A stretch of 63,734 nucleotides of DNA, the filler included, from Thraustochytrium aureum (lineage: Eukaryota): NCBI GenBank assembly GCA_012862495.1. It is 5 parts of 4 records of this genome, joined end to end, with 100 filler letters (N's around TTAATTAATTAA, not from the genome) between each part and the next. Parts side by side here need not be neighbours in the genome. Positions count along the whole stretch, not along the records: positions 18,648 to 49,401 come from BLSG01000451.1; 4 more parts are not named here. One strand, given 5' to 3'. Below, piece by piece: positions 35,719-47,573 of the stretch; within the stretch, counting starts at the first letter, position 1, and every line of letters begins with the position of its first letter. The position numbers and the translations under genes were made by a program. The notes beneath the pieces are model-generated. The model was not told the origin of the DNA and did no database searches. It saw nothing but the letters and a program-made list of their open reading frames with translations.

Positions 35719-36879
35719 ATGGACGGGCCAGGCAAGGCGAGCAAGCGCGCCAAACGGAGCGTCAAGGCCCGCAAGGAGACCAAAAAAGGCCCGCAAGGAG
35801 ACCAAGAAGGCGCGCAAGGAGGCCGCCGTGGACCCCAGGCTCGCGCTCCTCGCGCGGTACGGCGTCGAGCCCGCTTCAGGCGGCGCGCGGAGCGGGCCAA
35901 ACCTTGTGGTACGCGACAACGAGGCGGACGCCGCGGCCTGGGCTGCTCGCAACCACGATGCAAGTAGCGATAGCGGCAGCAACAGATCCGAAGAGGAGAC
36001 GCCTTCGGCTTGCGCGGGCGCTGGGGCCGCCGACCGAGACCTCTCGCCGCCTCGCCCAAGCCGCCGGCGTGCGCGCTCCGACTCGAGCTCGTTCGGCGCC
36101 GCCTCGCGAGGGTCTGGCCGGTCGAACCTGTCGCCACCACGTCGGCGCAAGCGGCGCAGCTCTAGTTCGTCTGAAGCCTCTTCCTCTTCCTCGTCATTGG
36201 CGGCTTCTGCGCGCTCTGCGTCGAGCTCGGCGTCGCCGTCCGTGCGACCTCGCCGGCGGCGTTTCGACTCGGACGACGAGGAGGCACATGACAATGCCGC
36301 GCAGAAACCTGGCGCTGTCGATGCGGCGCCGCCGACAGAAAAGCCGCCAGCCGCGCAGGCGCTCGCTCAGCCAGCGACCGTGTACAGGGACGCCAAAGGG
36401 CGCAAGCTTGACATGCTGACCGAGTTTATGAGCAGCCAGGCTGCGGCCGCAGATCGCGCCGCCGCCGAGCAGCGCGTCAAGTACGAGTGGGGCAAGGGAG
36501 CCGCCGACAAAGAGAGTGCCCGGACGGCCGAGGAGGAACTCGAAGCCGCCCGCCAGCGCGGTTTTGCCGTGTACGCGAACGACGCCAGTTACAACGCGGA
36601 GCTCAAGCAGCGCCAGCTCGCGGACGACCCCATGGCGCACTATTTTGCGGCAAAGCAGCAGGCAGCAGGATCGGACGCGCCGAGCGGGGCGGGGGCGCAG
36701 CGTCGCCGTCCGCTCTACAGCGGCCCCCCGTGCTGCCCAACCGCTTTGGCTTGCGTCCTGGATACCGGTGGGACGGCATTGACCGGAGCAACGGGTTTGA
36801 GAAGCGCCTGTTTGAGGCGCGCGCCGCGCGCGCAACGCTTGGCGCTGACAAGCACCGCTACCTTTCGGCTGACATGTAG
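35719..36879 (+). CDS. BUD13: BUD13/CWC26 pre-mRNA splicing factor (RES complex); indels near 35785 and 36725
   Basis: DLSPPR repeats, [21 protein letters not shown]...N.ELK.R...DDPM, Y.GP.. and [26 protein letters not shown]...SADM, the hallmark Bud13 C-terminus. Confidence 0.92.
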
Positions 36880-38110
36880 GCTCGCTCAGCGGCTGGCAGC
36901 GCAAGGCGCTCGGTCCGCCTGCAGCGCTGCTTGAGGGTGGAGTCAGCAGCGCCGGCCAGGCAGCGAGCGAGTGCGAGCGGGCAGGCCAACTCTGGAGGCG
37001 CCCATTCCTAGGCAGGCAGCCAGCCAGCCCGCCGGAGAAGGCCGCGCAGCGCCCATCTTGCACGCAAAAGCGCATGCGATCAAATCAAGATCAATCAAAC
37101 ATTGCCACCGCCCAACGACGTTCAATTCCTTGTACTCCGACGCTCCTCACAATCATTGTGCCGGGTGTGCACCCCACAGCTTTACACAAGGGGAAATCCA
37201 CTTCGCCAGCCACTGGCAACTCGAAGGTGCAAGATGCGGCAGCCCGAGCAGATCATGGCACGTCGTGACCCTGCCGCCGGTGCTGCAGTGTTGCAATCGA
37301 GCTTGCGGTGGTCGCTGGGACGCGGCTCCTGCACTGCCAGGCCGCAGACGACTCCTCGTCGGTCACGCCCAGTCAAGCTCGCAACGTCGGCTCTCCCAGG
37401 CCGCTCAAGATCTTGACCGTCAAGCCTCACAGCGCGCGCTCCGCAGAGGAGGAGAACTAGCAACCGGTAGCCTCTTGTAGAGTAGCTAGCTAGAGCCGGC
37501 CAAAAACCCCTGCGCAACATCTCACAGGCTCGGGCGAAACCAGGCCGCTCTTGAAAGCGCAACCGAGCCGCCCTCACGGCAGCGCCGCCCTCCTCTCACC
37601 TCGCGCGCAGTGCCACTGGCAGCGCGTCGAGCCCACTTGCTCGCTGCTTGCTCGCGCGGCACCGGCACTCCGGCAGCTGGTCGTCCATCGCTCGTTCCTC
37701 ACCTGCTCCGAGTCATCCATTCCTCATCCATCGTGGTCGTCCACGCTTGCGCCGCCCGCCAACACTCGATCGATACTCCATCGATCGATCGATCACTCAC
37801 CACTCCAGACTCTCATCACTCAATCGCTCACTCACCCACGGGGCCGGCCGGCAGAGCCCCAACGCACTCTGCAGCGCGCAGGCAGCGCCGCGCAGGCAGC
37901 AGGANNNNNNNNNNNNNNNNNNNNNNNNNNNNNNNNNNNNNNNNNNNNNNNNNNNNNNNNNNNNNNNNNNNNNNNNNNNNNNNNNNNNNNNNNNNNNNNN
38001 NNNNNNNNNNNNNNNNNNNNNNNNNNNNNNNNNNNNNNNNNNNNNNNNNNNNNNNNNNNNNNNNNNNNNNNNNNNNNNNNNNNNNNNNNNNNNNNNNNNN
38101 NNNNNNNNNN

Positions 38111-41100
38111 CAGCACCAAGGACGGCCAGGATGGAAGCCGCGGCGGGAGCGGCACGGCCAAGCACGAGAGCGAGGCCCAGCCGACCGCCGGAGCGCGCAA
38201 GGCGCGCAAGGGCTCGCGCATAATGGCCCCTGAGGACCAAGAACTCGGCGTGGTCGGGGAGGGCATTGGGTACGATGCGCTCATCGAGCGCATCCAGAGC
38301 CTGGAGGCCGCCAGAGAGGACGTCGGCAGCCCGCGCCTCTTCGTCGGCGCTGTGTCTGCGCCGAGCGAGGCTGGCACCGAGCCAGGCGGCGTCGACGGGT
38401 GGCCGCCCGGCGCCGCATTCGTGGTCCAATTCGTAGGAGACCGCAGCGTGACCTCGCTCATGGTGGGAATGGCGTACAACAACGTGGTGAAAAAGCTCGC
38501 CGCTGCCGTGCATGCCGACTTTGTGGTCCACAACGTCCAGCACAGCGGCGAAGTGTCCCGGCAGCGGCTCCTCGCTCGGCCGCGCACGCGCACGAGGCGG
38601 CGGCGGTCGGCGGGCATCGGCTCGCTGAAGAAGACCGGCGACACCACGCAGGCGCTGTCGATCCACTTCATCTCGGAGAACGAACAACTTCTCAACACGT
38701 GGAACGCAGTGCGCTACAACATGTCGTCGCAGGCCCTGACATGGATGCTGCTCGGGTACCACCAGCAGAGAGCGGCAGCGAGCCGCCACGCCGAGCCGCC
38801 CGCCAAGGAGCGCGCCGAGGACGAGGGCGGCGACCCCACGGCCGTCCCCGTTCTGCTGGCAAGCGGCGGCGGCAACATCGAGGCGTTCGGGTCGGGCGAG
38901 ATCCTCAACTGCGTTGCCTTTCGGCCGGGCTGGCTGTACTGGATCTACGCCCGCGTCGACGTCGAGACAATCGAGGGCACCGGGCGGTTTCGGTCCGGGT
39001 CGGTCTCGAACGTGACGGGGAGCGACTCGGAGCGCAAGGCGCCGTTTCGGGCGGGCGGCGCCAAGTTTGTGCTTGTCTCGTTTTGCCTCCCGGCGGAGGG
39101 CAAGGCCATGCTGCCGAGCATGTCGTACCGGCTCTTGTTCCACCGCCCAATTCTGGCCCAGGTGCTAAAGTACCACCTGTACGTGGAGGCCCGGAGCCGC
39201 TCCGATCTCAGCGAGGGCTCGCTGGTGAGCCGCCTGGTGGCCTACTCGGACGGGGGCAAGATCGTGCTCACCGTGTTCATCGGCAGTGGGACGGGCGGCA
39301 CGCTGCGCAAGCTGGAGGTCGGAAGCTCGCGGTCCATGAACACGCCTCTGATGATCCGCATCGACCCCAAGGCGACGCTGGGCGAGCTCAAGTCGCGCAT
39401 CGCGGCGGCCTACTCGTGGAAGGTAGACCGCGTCGTGGTGATGCGGCTCGAACGCAAGAACAACACCGACGTGCTTCGCTCCCTTGTGTCCTCCAAGGTC
39501 AACGTGCGGTCCGAGGCCGCGCTGGAGGAGGTGATCCGCAAGGCCTCGTCACAGGTGACGGCCAAGCAGCTCGAGGGCGACGACTGCTCTCTGTCGGAGA
39601 TCAACTTGGTGAGCGGCGACGAGCTCTACATCCAGCTCGTCAAGGACTTTTCGCAACGCGCGTCGGTCAAGATGACGCGCGAGATGAACCAGATCGGCCT
39701 CGTGGAGCGGCGCCGGCGCCAAATCGAGGACTTTTTGGCCATGCGCGAGCGCCAGCAGAAGTTTCGCATCCCCATGTTTGCCAACCTGCGCAAGATCAGC
39801 AGCAACACGGACATTGGCACGCTCTCGGATCAAGAAGAGGGCGACGAGGAGGAAGAGCAGTTTGAGGANNNNNNNNNNNNNNNNNNNNNNNNNNNNNNNN
39901 NNNNNNNNNNNNNNNNNNNNNNNNNNNNNNNNNNNNNNNNNNNNNNNNNNNNNNNNNNNNNNNNNNNNNNNNNNNNNNNNNNNNNNNNNNNNNNNNNNNN
40001 NNNNNNNNNNNNNNNNNNNNNNNNNNNNNNNNNNNNNNNNNNNNNNNNNNNNNNNNNNNNNNNNNNNNNNNNNNNNNNNNNNNNNNNNNNNNNNNNNNNN
40101 NNNNNNNNNNNNNNNNNNNNNNNNNNNNNNNNNNNNNNNNNNNNNNNNNNNNNNNNNNNNNNNNNNNNNNNNNNNNNNNNNNNNNNNNNNNNNNNNNNNN
40201 NNNNNNNNNNNNNNNNNNNNNNNNNNNNNNNNNNNNNNNNNNNNNNNNNNNNNNNNNNNNNNNNNNNNNGGAGGAGGAGGACGAGGAGGAAGACAACGAC
40301 GAGGGCGAGGAGGAGGGGAGCGAGGGCCAGGACGTGTCACTGCTCGCGCCTTCCTCCGGACGCGCGCCGGGGAAATCCTCGCGAGGCTCGCTCCTGCCAC
40401 AGGAGGAGTCCGCGCGTCCGCCGGAGGCGCCCTCGCTCACGTCTGGCGAGGTGCACGAGCCAACGCACGAGCAGCTGCGAACGCGCAAGCAGTCTATGAT
40501 GGCGCTAATGATGCAGCAACAGCTCGCTGCGGGGCGAAAGCAGCTGAAAAAGTCAAAGGCGACCAGCGCGGTACGCCCTCCAAAGCAGCGCTCGCCCTCT
40601 GGCGACCTATCGCGCCTCAACCACTCTGCGCAGCTTTTGCACTTGCTCGCCGAGGAGGCGACAAAGCTGGGCGCGCGCATGGTGGACGACGAGGACCTGA
40701 TCATTCTCAACCGACGCGTCCTGGGCGACGGCCGCACGGCGCGCGTGCGCGAGGGTCTGTTGCTCTGCAAGCTCGAGCACGTCCCGAGCCCCGCACTCCG
40801 CCAGCGCAAGTCCACGGCGGTCAGCAACCGCGCCTCGTGGATCCGGCTGCGCAAGCAGTCGTTTGCTGCCGACTCGCCGCAGGGCCTGGCCGTGGCTGCC
40901 ATGGCTGCGAGCGAGTCTGTTGCTCCCGAGACGCTTGTCGAAGAGCAGCGGCGCACCGGCGCGCCTCTTGCGACGCACGACGCGGCCGCAGGGGCCGGCG
41001 ACGCTCCAGGCTCGGGCGCAGGGCGCGTGCCGCACCGGTCCTCGGTCGTGTCAGCGCTGCCTGCTACGGGGGACGGCAACCTGTTCGACTTTGTCGCGCT

Positions 41101-41869
41101 GAAGGTCGCGGTCAAGATGTTTACAGCGCGCTTCGTGACCAAGAGCGTGTTTGAGATTTTCCAGGAGGAGATCTCGGTGCTTGTGGGCCTGCAGCACCCC
41201 AGCATTGTGCAGATCCTGGGTGTTTATATCGACCAGGCGCCGCGGCTGCACGCCCCCGAGCAGACCTCGCTGATGATTATGTACGAGCTGATGCCGCGCG
41301 GCAGCCTGAGCCAGCTCCGCGCCACGAACGCCGTCTGGCTGGCCATCCCGTTCACCATGAAGCTGAAAATGGCGCTCGACGTCGCGCGTGGGATCGAGTA
41401 CCTGCACACCCGGGACCCGCCGTGCGTCCACCGCGACTTGAAGGGCGACAACCTGCTGGTCGACGACGACTTCACGCTCAAGATTGGCGATTTCGGGATC
41501 TCGACCCGCGCAGACGGGCCGATCCACGGCAAGGTGGGCACCAGCGGGTGGACCGCGCCCGAGGTGCTCATGGGGACCGAGCTGGGCTACGGCCTCGCCT
41601 GCGACATATTCAGCTTTGGGATCATCCTCTGGGAGCTCATTACCTCGGAGAAGAACCCGCTTGCAGGCCTCGTGGAGGACAAGTACGTCGAGTCCTTGCG
41701 TGCGGGTGATCGCCCGATCCTGCCGAAGCCGGTGTCGCCATTTCACGAGCGGTTCAATCAGCTCGTGCGCGATTGCTGGGAGTTTGAGCCCACCGACCGG
41801 CCCTGCGCCACCGAGGTGGTGGACCGCCTCGCGGCGCTTCTTGCCGCGGTGCTCAACGATGACAAGTAG
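38111..41869 (+). CDS. TKL-group protein kinase with upstream ADF-H-like and ubiquitin-like domains (gap 39869-40269; start uncertain, candidate ATG 38223)
   Basis: Kinase motifs VLGDGRTARV...VAVK...FQEEI...LQHPSIV...HRDLKGDNLL...KIGDFG...GTSGWTAPE...DIFSFGIILWEL...CWEFEPTDRP. N-terminal W.AVR...TWMLLGY...LASGGG...YARV...KFVLVSF (ADF-H-like) and IRIDPKATLGELKSRIA...LEGDDCSLSEINLVSGDELYI (Ubl-like). Both halves flank the gap with acidic tracts, so a single gene is inferred. Confidence 0.82.
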
Positions 41870-42103
41870 AACACTGTTGTTTTTCCAAGTAGAGTACGTG
41901 CATTGTACACTTGCAAAGTGCATACCTGCTGACCATGCTGATCAGCAACAGCCTGGGCACGCCCACCACCTCGGTGGCGCTGCTTGCCGCGGTGCTCAAC
42001 GATGACAAGTAGGACACTGTTGTTTTTCCAAGTAAAGTACGTGCATTGTATACTGGCAAAGTGCATACCTACTGACCAAGCTGATCAGCAACAGCCTGGC
42101 CAC
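41833..42103 (+). repeat. Tandem duplication (period 143 bp) of the kinase stop codon and 3' flank
   Basis: CTTGCCGCGGTGCTCAACGATGACAAGTAG...GCTGATCAGCAACAGCCTGG appears at about 41840-41960 and 41983-42103 with a few substitutions. Confidence 0.92.
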
Positions 42104-42196
42104 CGCTGCCTTTGCAGGCTCCTCCGTGCTCTCTTGGTCTACATTGGCACCAGGGGCACAAGGCGTGCCAGCGCCAGCCGGAAGCAACAAGGCTCG

Positions 42197-43889
42197 TCAG
42201 AACAGGCCGGCATCCTTCTTCATCCTGTCTCGCTTCCATTTGGGCAGCGCTTTGAACGTCTCGCGGTCCATTTTGAATTCTTGCGTGAACGCGGCATCCG
42301 TCAAGTACTCCTCCTGCCGCAAGAGGTCCATGCCTGGGACCGCCTTGGCCTTGACCTGCTCTGCAGTGAACTGGGGAGACGGCGCAGGGCCGCTCGTTGC
42401 CGCGCCGGGGGCCGCTGCCGCCCCGGACACCGCAGCTCCTGGCGCCGCCGCAAAGTTCTGCACAGAGAGCGGCCGCGTCGAGAGCGGCACAGGCGGGGGC
42501 CGTTTGGCCAGTTCTGGAGCCGCCNNNNNNNNNNNNNNNNNNNNNNNNNNNNNNNNNNNNNNNNNNNNNNNNNNNNNNNNNNNNNNNNNNNNNNNNNNNN
42601 NNNNNNNNNNNNNNNNNNNNNNNNNNNNNNNNNNNNNNNNNNNNNNNNNNNNNNNNNNNNNNNNNNNNNNNNNNNNNNNNNNNNNNNNNNNNNNNNNNNN
42701 NNNNNNNNNNNNNNNNNNNNNNNNNNNNNNNNNNNNNNNNNNNNNNNNNNNNNNNNNNNNNNNNNNNNNNNNNNNNNNNNNNNNNNNNNNNNNNNNNNNN
42801 NNNNNNNNNNNNNNNNNNNNNNNNNNNNNNNCGGCGCCGTCGACTTACGTTTTCCCACTGCGTTTTGCTCTCCCGCTCGTTCCAATAGTAGGTCTGGCCG
42901 TCGTCTGTCTTTACTTCCCGCCAGCCTTCCGGCAGGCCTGCGGATGGGGCAGGGGGAGGTGGCGCTGCAGGGGCAGGGGCGGGGTACCCAGCCGGGTACG
43001 AGGCAGCGATTGCCGGCACAGACCTGTCCGCGTAGGCATCATACGTCGACGCTTGTGCCACCGGCGGTTGCGCGTACGAGCCGCCGGCCGCGTAGCCCAT
43101 GGTAGGCCCGAGACCGGAGGCGTGGTCCTCGTACGGGCCCGACGAGCTCGCTTGGAACGACTCGGCGCCAAACTCGTCGCGCATCGACCCGGTCAGGCTG
43201 TCGCGGTACTCAAAGTCGGCCGTCTCCGAGTTGGTGATTACGCGCAGCGTCTTGTACAGCAGGTTGAGGTCCTCGTTGTCGGACGGCGGCCGCACAATCC
43301 CGCTCAGAATAGCGGTGGGCGACACCTTCTCGCCGTAGAACTTGGCGTTGTCCGAGTCGCGCGCAAAGAGGACAGCGCCCTGCAGCGAGAGGCCTGCAAA
43401 GGCGCCTCGCGTGTGCGCGTAGCTGTACACCGCCGCAACGCCGCCGTCGCCCACGTTGACGGTGCCCTCTGCATCCCGGCCGACGGGGCCGGCGGCAACC
43501 GAGAGATTCCCGCCAAACTTCACCTGGCCTTTGCCCGCAAAAGCCTTGACGGCCGACGTCGTGTTGAGGATGAGCACCGAGTCTGTCGAGCTGGCGCCGA
43601 TCTGCAGGCCCCAGCCCATGCCGCCCGTTCCGATCGATGCGGGGCCGGACCACTCGCCGTTTTCCAGCCGCGCGATCACTATCCCGGTCCCTGCCGTCCC
43701 GGTCCACACAAACCCAGCCTTGATCGTTGTGATGAACGCGATGCCCTTTGCGTTCTTGATCACCTGCAGCGGGATCGCCTTGTCCTTCTTCACAAACTTG
43801 GGGTTGATCAGCTTGAGCAGCACCTTGTACGCCTTGTGAACGCCGCCCTGCATGCTCAGCCGCTCCCCAGTCTTGCCTCGAGTGGCCAT
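42197..43889 (-). CDS. SYLF/Ysc84 (SH3YL1-like) domain protein with a WW domain and C-terminal villin headpiece (gap 42525-42831)
   Basis: IP..VIKNAKGIAF...KAGF..TG..GTG.V.ARL..G.WSGP...G.G.GLQIG...D.VLILN...AV.AF...GG.LSVAAGPVGR...YSYA..RG.FAG.SL.G...R...N.KFYG (SYLF); LPEGWREVKTDDGQTYYWN...TQWE (WW); EEYLTDAAF...F.M.R..F.ALPKWKR..MKK..GLF* (villin headpiece). Confidence 0.88.
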
Positions 43890-45030
43890 CGCGCCGCTCC
43901 AGCGCAGCCAGCAAGCCCCAATCAATCAACCAGTCAAGCTATCGATCGATCGACCGGTCGAATCCGCCGGCCAAGCGGCCCCTGGCTCCACCGCTCGACA
44001 AGCGCGACTCGTTCAGCTCCTACGATGCGATTCTGTTCGATTCTGCCGCTCTGTTCTGTTCTGATTGATTCTGCCGCCCTGTTTGTTTGTTTCTGTCTGA
44101 CTGGCCGCGCTTACGTCACCCAGACGCACGCACTGCCATGGATACGTCACTCTTCGTACCATACGTGTATGATACGTCCCTCCGGCGAAGGGCTCGTTTC
44201 CCCAGGTATTCTACGCCCTGAGCGCTCCGGTTGAAGCGGGTTTCGCAGGAGCGGAAGGGACGCATTTGCGTAGCCTACNNNNNNNNNNNNNNNNNNNNNN
44301 NNNNNNNNNNNNNNNNNNNNNNNNNNNNNNNNNNNNNNNNNNNNNNNNNNNNNNNNNNNNNNNNNNNNNNNNNNNNNNNNNNNNNNNNNNNNNNNNNNNN
44401 NNNNNNNNNNNNNNNNNNNNNNNNNNNNNNNNNNNNNNNNNNNNNNNNNNNNNNNNNNNNNNNNNNNNNNNNNNNNNNNNNNNNNNNNNNNNNNNNNNNN
44501 NNNNNNNNNNNNNNNNNNNNNNNNNNNNNNNNNNNNNNNNNNNNNNNNNNNNNNNNNNNNNNNNNNNNNNNNNNNNNNNNNNNNNNNNNNNNNNNNNNNN
44601 NNNNNNNNNNNNNNNNNNNNNNNNNNNNNNNNNNNNNNNNNNNNNNNNNNNNNNNNNNNNNNNNNNNNNNNNNNNNNNNNNNNNNNNNNNNNNNNNNNNN
44701 NNNNNNNNNNNNNNNNNNNNNNNNNNNNNNNNNNNNNNNNNNNNNNNNNNNNNNNNNNNNNNNNNNNNNNNNNNNNNNNNNNNNNNNNNNNNNNNNNNNN
44801 NNNNNNNNNNNNNNNNNNNNNNNNNNNNNNNNNNNNNNNNNNNNNNNNNNNNNNNNNNNNNNNNNNNNNNNNNNNNNNNNNNNNNNNNNNNNNNNNNNNN
44901 NNNNNNNNNNNNNNNNNNNNNNNNNNNNNNNNNNNNNNNNNNNNNNNNNNNNNNNNNNNNNNNNNNNNNNNNNNNNNNNNNNNNNNNNNNNNNNNNNNNN
45001 NNNNNNNNNNNNNNNNNNNNNNNNNNNNNN

Positions 45031-45845
45031 AGCACAACGTTCGCTTTGAGCGAAGCGGCGACCGCATCGTCGTCCGAACGCTGCGCGACATCCATCCAGG
45101 GGAAGAGCTTTTCATCAGCTACGGTCGTGGCCACTGGCTTTTCGTGGGGAGCGGCGTATTCCTGGGCCTCGAGGTCGTCGACGAAGGGCAAGGCCCTCTC
45201 TTGCGAACCACAGTTGCCCTCGCGAAGAACGAGGTGGTGTGCTGTCTCAGCTCGCCGGCGATGGAAGACGTGGACGGGCTCAGCAAAGCAGTCCGCTTTT
45301 CGCCCGATCCGGCCGGGTCCGCAAACTGCAGACTCAAGCCGAGCCCCTTCGTGCGCAAGACAGTGATGGTGGTTGCAACGCAACCGATAGCCCCGCTTGA
45401 GCCGATCATCGTGCGCGCCGAGGACCGCGTCGCTGTCCAGCCATCCAGCGTCGCGGGCGCCGGGATGGGCGCCTTTGCCTTGTCCGCGCTCCGCTCCGGC
45501 GAGGTCGTCGGCGTTTACAGCGGGGCGCAGATCGATTCCGAGGCGCTTGCTGAAAAGGTGGCCGAGACAGGGGCAGGCGTCGCGGCATTCGTGATACAGG
45601 TCAAGGGCTCCACAACGCTTGTGGATCCCACTGACGCCCAAGGCCGGGCGCGACCATTCCAGGCGCCTGGGGTGTGTTTTATTAACGAGAATCCCTCCGG
45701 CGACCACAACGTTGCGTTCAGGCTGCACGAAAATGGCTGCTCCGCCTCAGTATTCGTCTCTGTCGTTGCTCTGCGTGACATCATCGCTGGCGAGGAACTT
45801 TTCGCGGATTACGAGGGCTGGTTGCCGCGGTCTTGGGTCAGATAG
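45031..45845 (+). CDS. Multi-SET-domain protein (5' part in gap)
   Basis: One frame from 45033: HNVRF...VRTLRDIHPGEELFISYG (SET end), a degenerate unit (SANCRL...VVATQPIAPLEPII), then PSSVAGAGMGAFA...GEVVGVYSG...FINE...HNVAF...VVALRDIIAGEELFADY. Confidence 0.85.
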
Positions 45846-46268
45846 CTGGTGCGCCTTCGCCGCACAGCGGGGACAAGCCCTTCCGGTGCGCGGAGGGGCT
45901 CAAGGTGGTCCCTTTCGGAACAGAAAGACAAGCGACCGTCAGCCTCGCTCATTCTTGGACCTGCGCGTATTGTCAACTCCACGAGTCAACGTCGTGGCAG
46001 GGCATGAATAGCGAACACAGACTCGCCGCGAGCGCGGTGCAAGACTTCGCAAGCGCCCTGCCAAAGTCTTCCTCCTGTTTTTTTGGCCAGTGCAGCGCCC
46101 TGCACTTGCTCCTCAGGGCTTTGTCGTTTCGGGCAAGTCCCAGTCGTTGTTTCGTTTCGGGCAAGTCCCAGTCGTTGTGTGTTTTGTTAACGCTATCGTC
46201 GAGTGGGTACATCTCAGGACGGCCGCCGAAAGCTCTTGGATTCGCTCCTTTTGGATTCACTCCTTGGG

Positions 46269-47573
46269 CTAGCCGGCGATCGCGGCGCGCCGTTCCGAAT
46301 CGCGGTGTTGCTGCTCGAAGCTGTCCAAGATGAAACGGAGCTTGCGCTCGACGAAGGCGGCTTTGGAGCGCTTCAAAAACGCGCGTCGCTCTGAATCGGA
46401 CATCCCAACTCGATCGCTCTCAAGCGCCCACGACGAGCACTCGTAGCACCTGCAGCCCGACGTGAGAATCGCAAGCTGCAGCTCGGCCGCCGTGAAGAGC
46501 CCCGAAAACAACGTATGAACCTGGTCGTCTGTCATGTCCTCATCCTGGTGAGCGTTCAGAACCAGCTCGACCACCAGTGAGCGGGCCTCGTCACCCCACT
46601 CTGAAAGCGGGAAGCTGGTCGGGGCTTTGTTCGTGTTCCTGATGTGGTTTTTGTTCCAGCGGTCATGCAGTTCCGTGGCGATCACGGAGGCAGCCGGTTC
46701 GGCTAGGCCAGGAATCAGCGAAATTACCGCGCGAGCCATCTGCTGAATCACAGCGGCGGACGCTGCGCCTCCCACAAGCTGCCATGCCTCTTTAATCCGC
46801 TTCCAGCCATCCAGCTGCGCCTTGTTGCGCCTCATCGACGTTTTGTTATTCACCCATTGTTTGATCTCTGGCCAGTTTTCGGGGTCCAGCTTCTCCGTAG
46901 ATTTGGCAGCGAGATCCTTGAGCGTTGTCTGGCAGTCTGCGAATCGCGCCGAGCGAAGGAGAGCCAGCAACGGACCGAGGAGCGAGACGAGAATGAAGAT
47001 TTTGTCGACGAGNNNNNNNNNNNNNNNNNNNNNNNNNNNNNNNNNNNNNNNNNNNNNNNNNNNNNNNNNNNNNNNNNNNNNNNNNNNNNNNNNNNNNNNN
47101 NNNNNNNNNNNNNNNNNNNNNNNNNNNNNNNNNNNNNNNNNNNNNNNNNNNNNNNNNNNNNNNNNNNNNNNNNNNNNNNNNNNNNNNNNNNNNNNNNNNN
47201 NNNNNNNNNNNNNNNNNNNNNNNNNNNNNNNNNNNNNNNNNNNNNNNNNNNNNNNNNNNNNNNNNNNNNNNNNNNNNNNNNNNNNNNNNNNNNNNNNNNN
47301 NNNNNNNNNNNNNNNNNNNNNNNNNNNNNNNNNNNNNNNNNNNNNNNNNNNNNNNNNNNNNNNNNNNNNNNNNNNNNNNNNNNNNNNNNNNNNNNNNNNN
47401 NNNNNNNNNNNNNNNNNNNNNNNNNNNNNNNNNNNNNNNNNNNNNNNNNNNNNNNNNNNNNTGGCTCCTGTTTTCTTCTGGTTTTCCTCGTCTTCGCTGT
47501 CGCTGTCACTGTTGCTGTCGGACCATAATAGCTCCAGGATTTCCCCGTGCCAGTCGATCTCGGACATTGCCAC
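46269..47573 (-). CDS. Hypothetical protein (gap 47013-47461)
   Basis: About 250 open codons of protein-like composition after the gap, plus an acidic N-terminal segment before it. No family recognised. Confidence 0.45.
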   Translation of the reverse strand: MAMSEIDWHGEILELLWSDSNSDSDSEDEENQKKTGAXXXXXXXXXXXXXXXXXXXXXXXXXXXXXXXXXXXXXXXXXXXXXXXXXXXXXXXXXXXXXXXXXXXXXXXXXXXXXXXXXXXXXXXXXXXXXXXXXXXXXXXXXXXXXXXXXXXXXXXXXXXXXXXXXXXXXXXXXXXXXXXXXXXXXXLVDKIFILVSLLGPLLALLRSARFADCQTTLKDLAAKSTEKLDPENWPEIKQWVNNKTSMRRNKAQLDGWKRIKEAWQLVGGAASAAVIQQMARAVISLIPGLAEPAASVIATELHDRWNKNHIRNTNKAPTSFPLSEWGDEARSLVVELVLNAHQDEDMTDDQVHTLFSGLFTAAELQLAILTSGCRCYECSSWALESDRVGMSDSERRAFLKRSKAAFVERKLRFILDSFEQQHRDSERRAAIAG

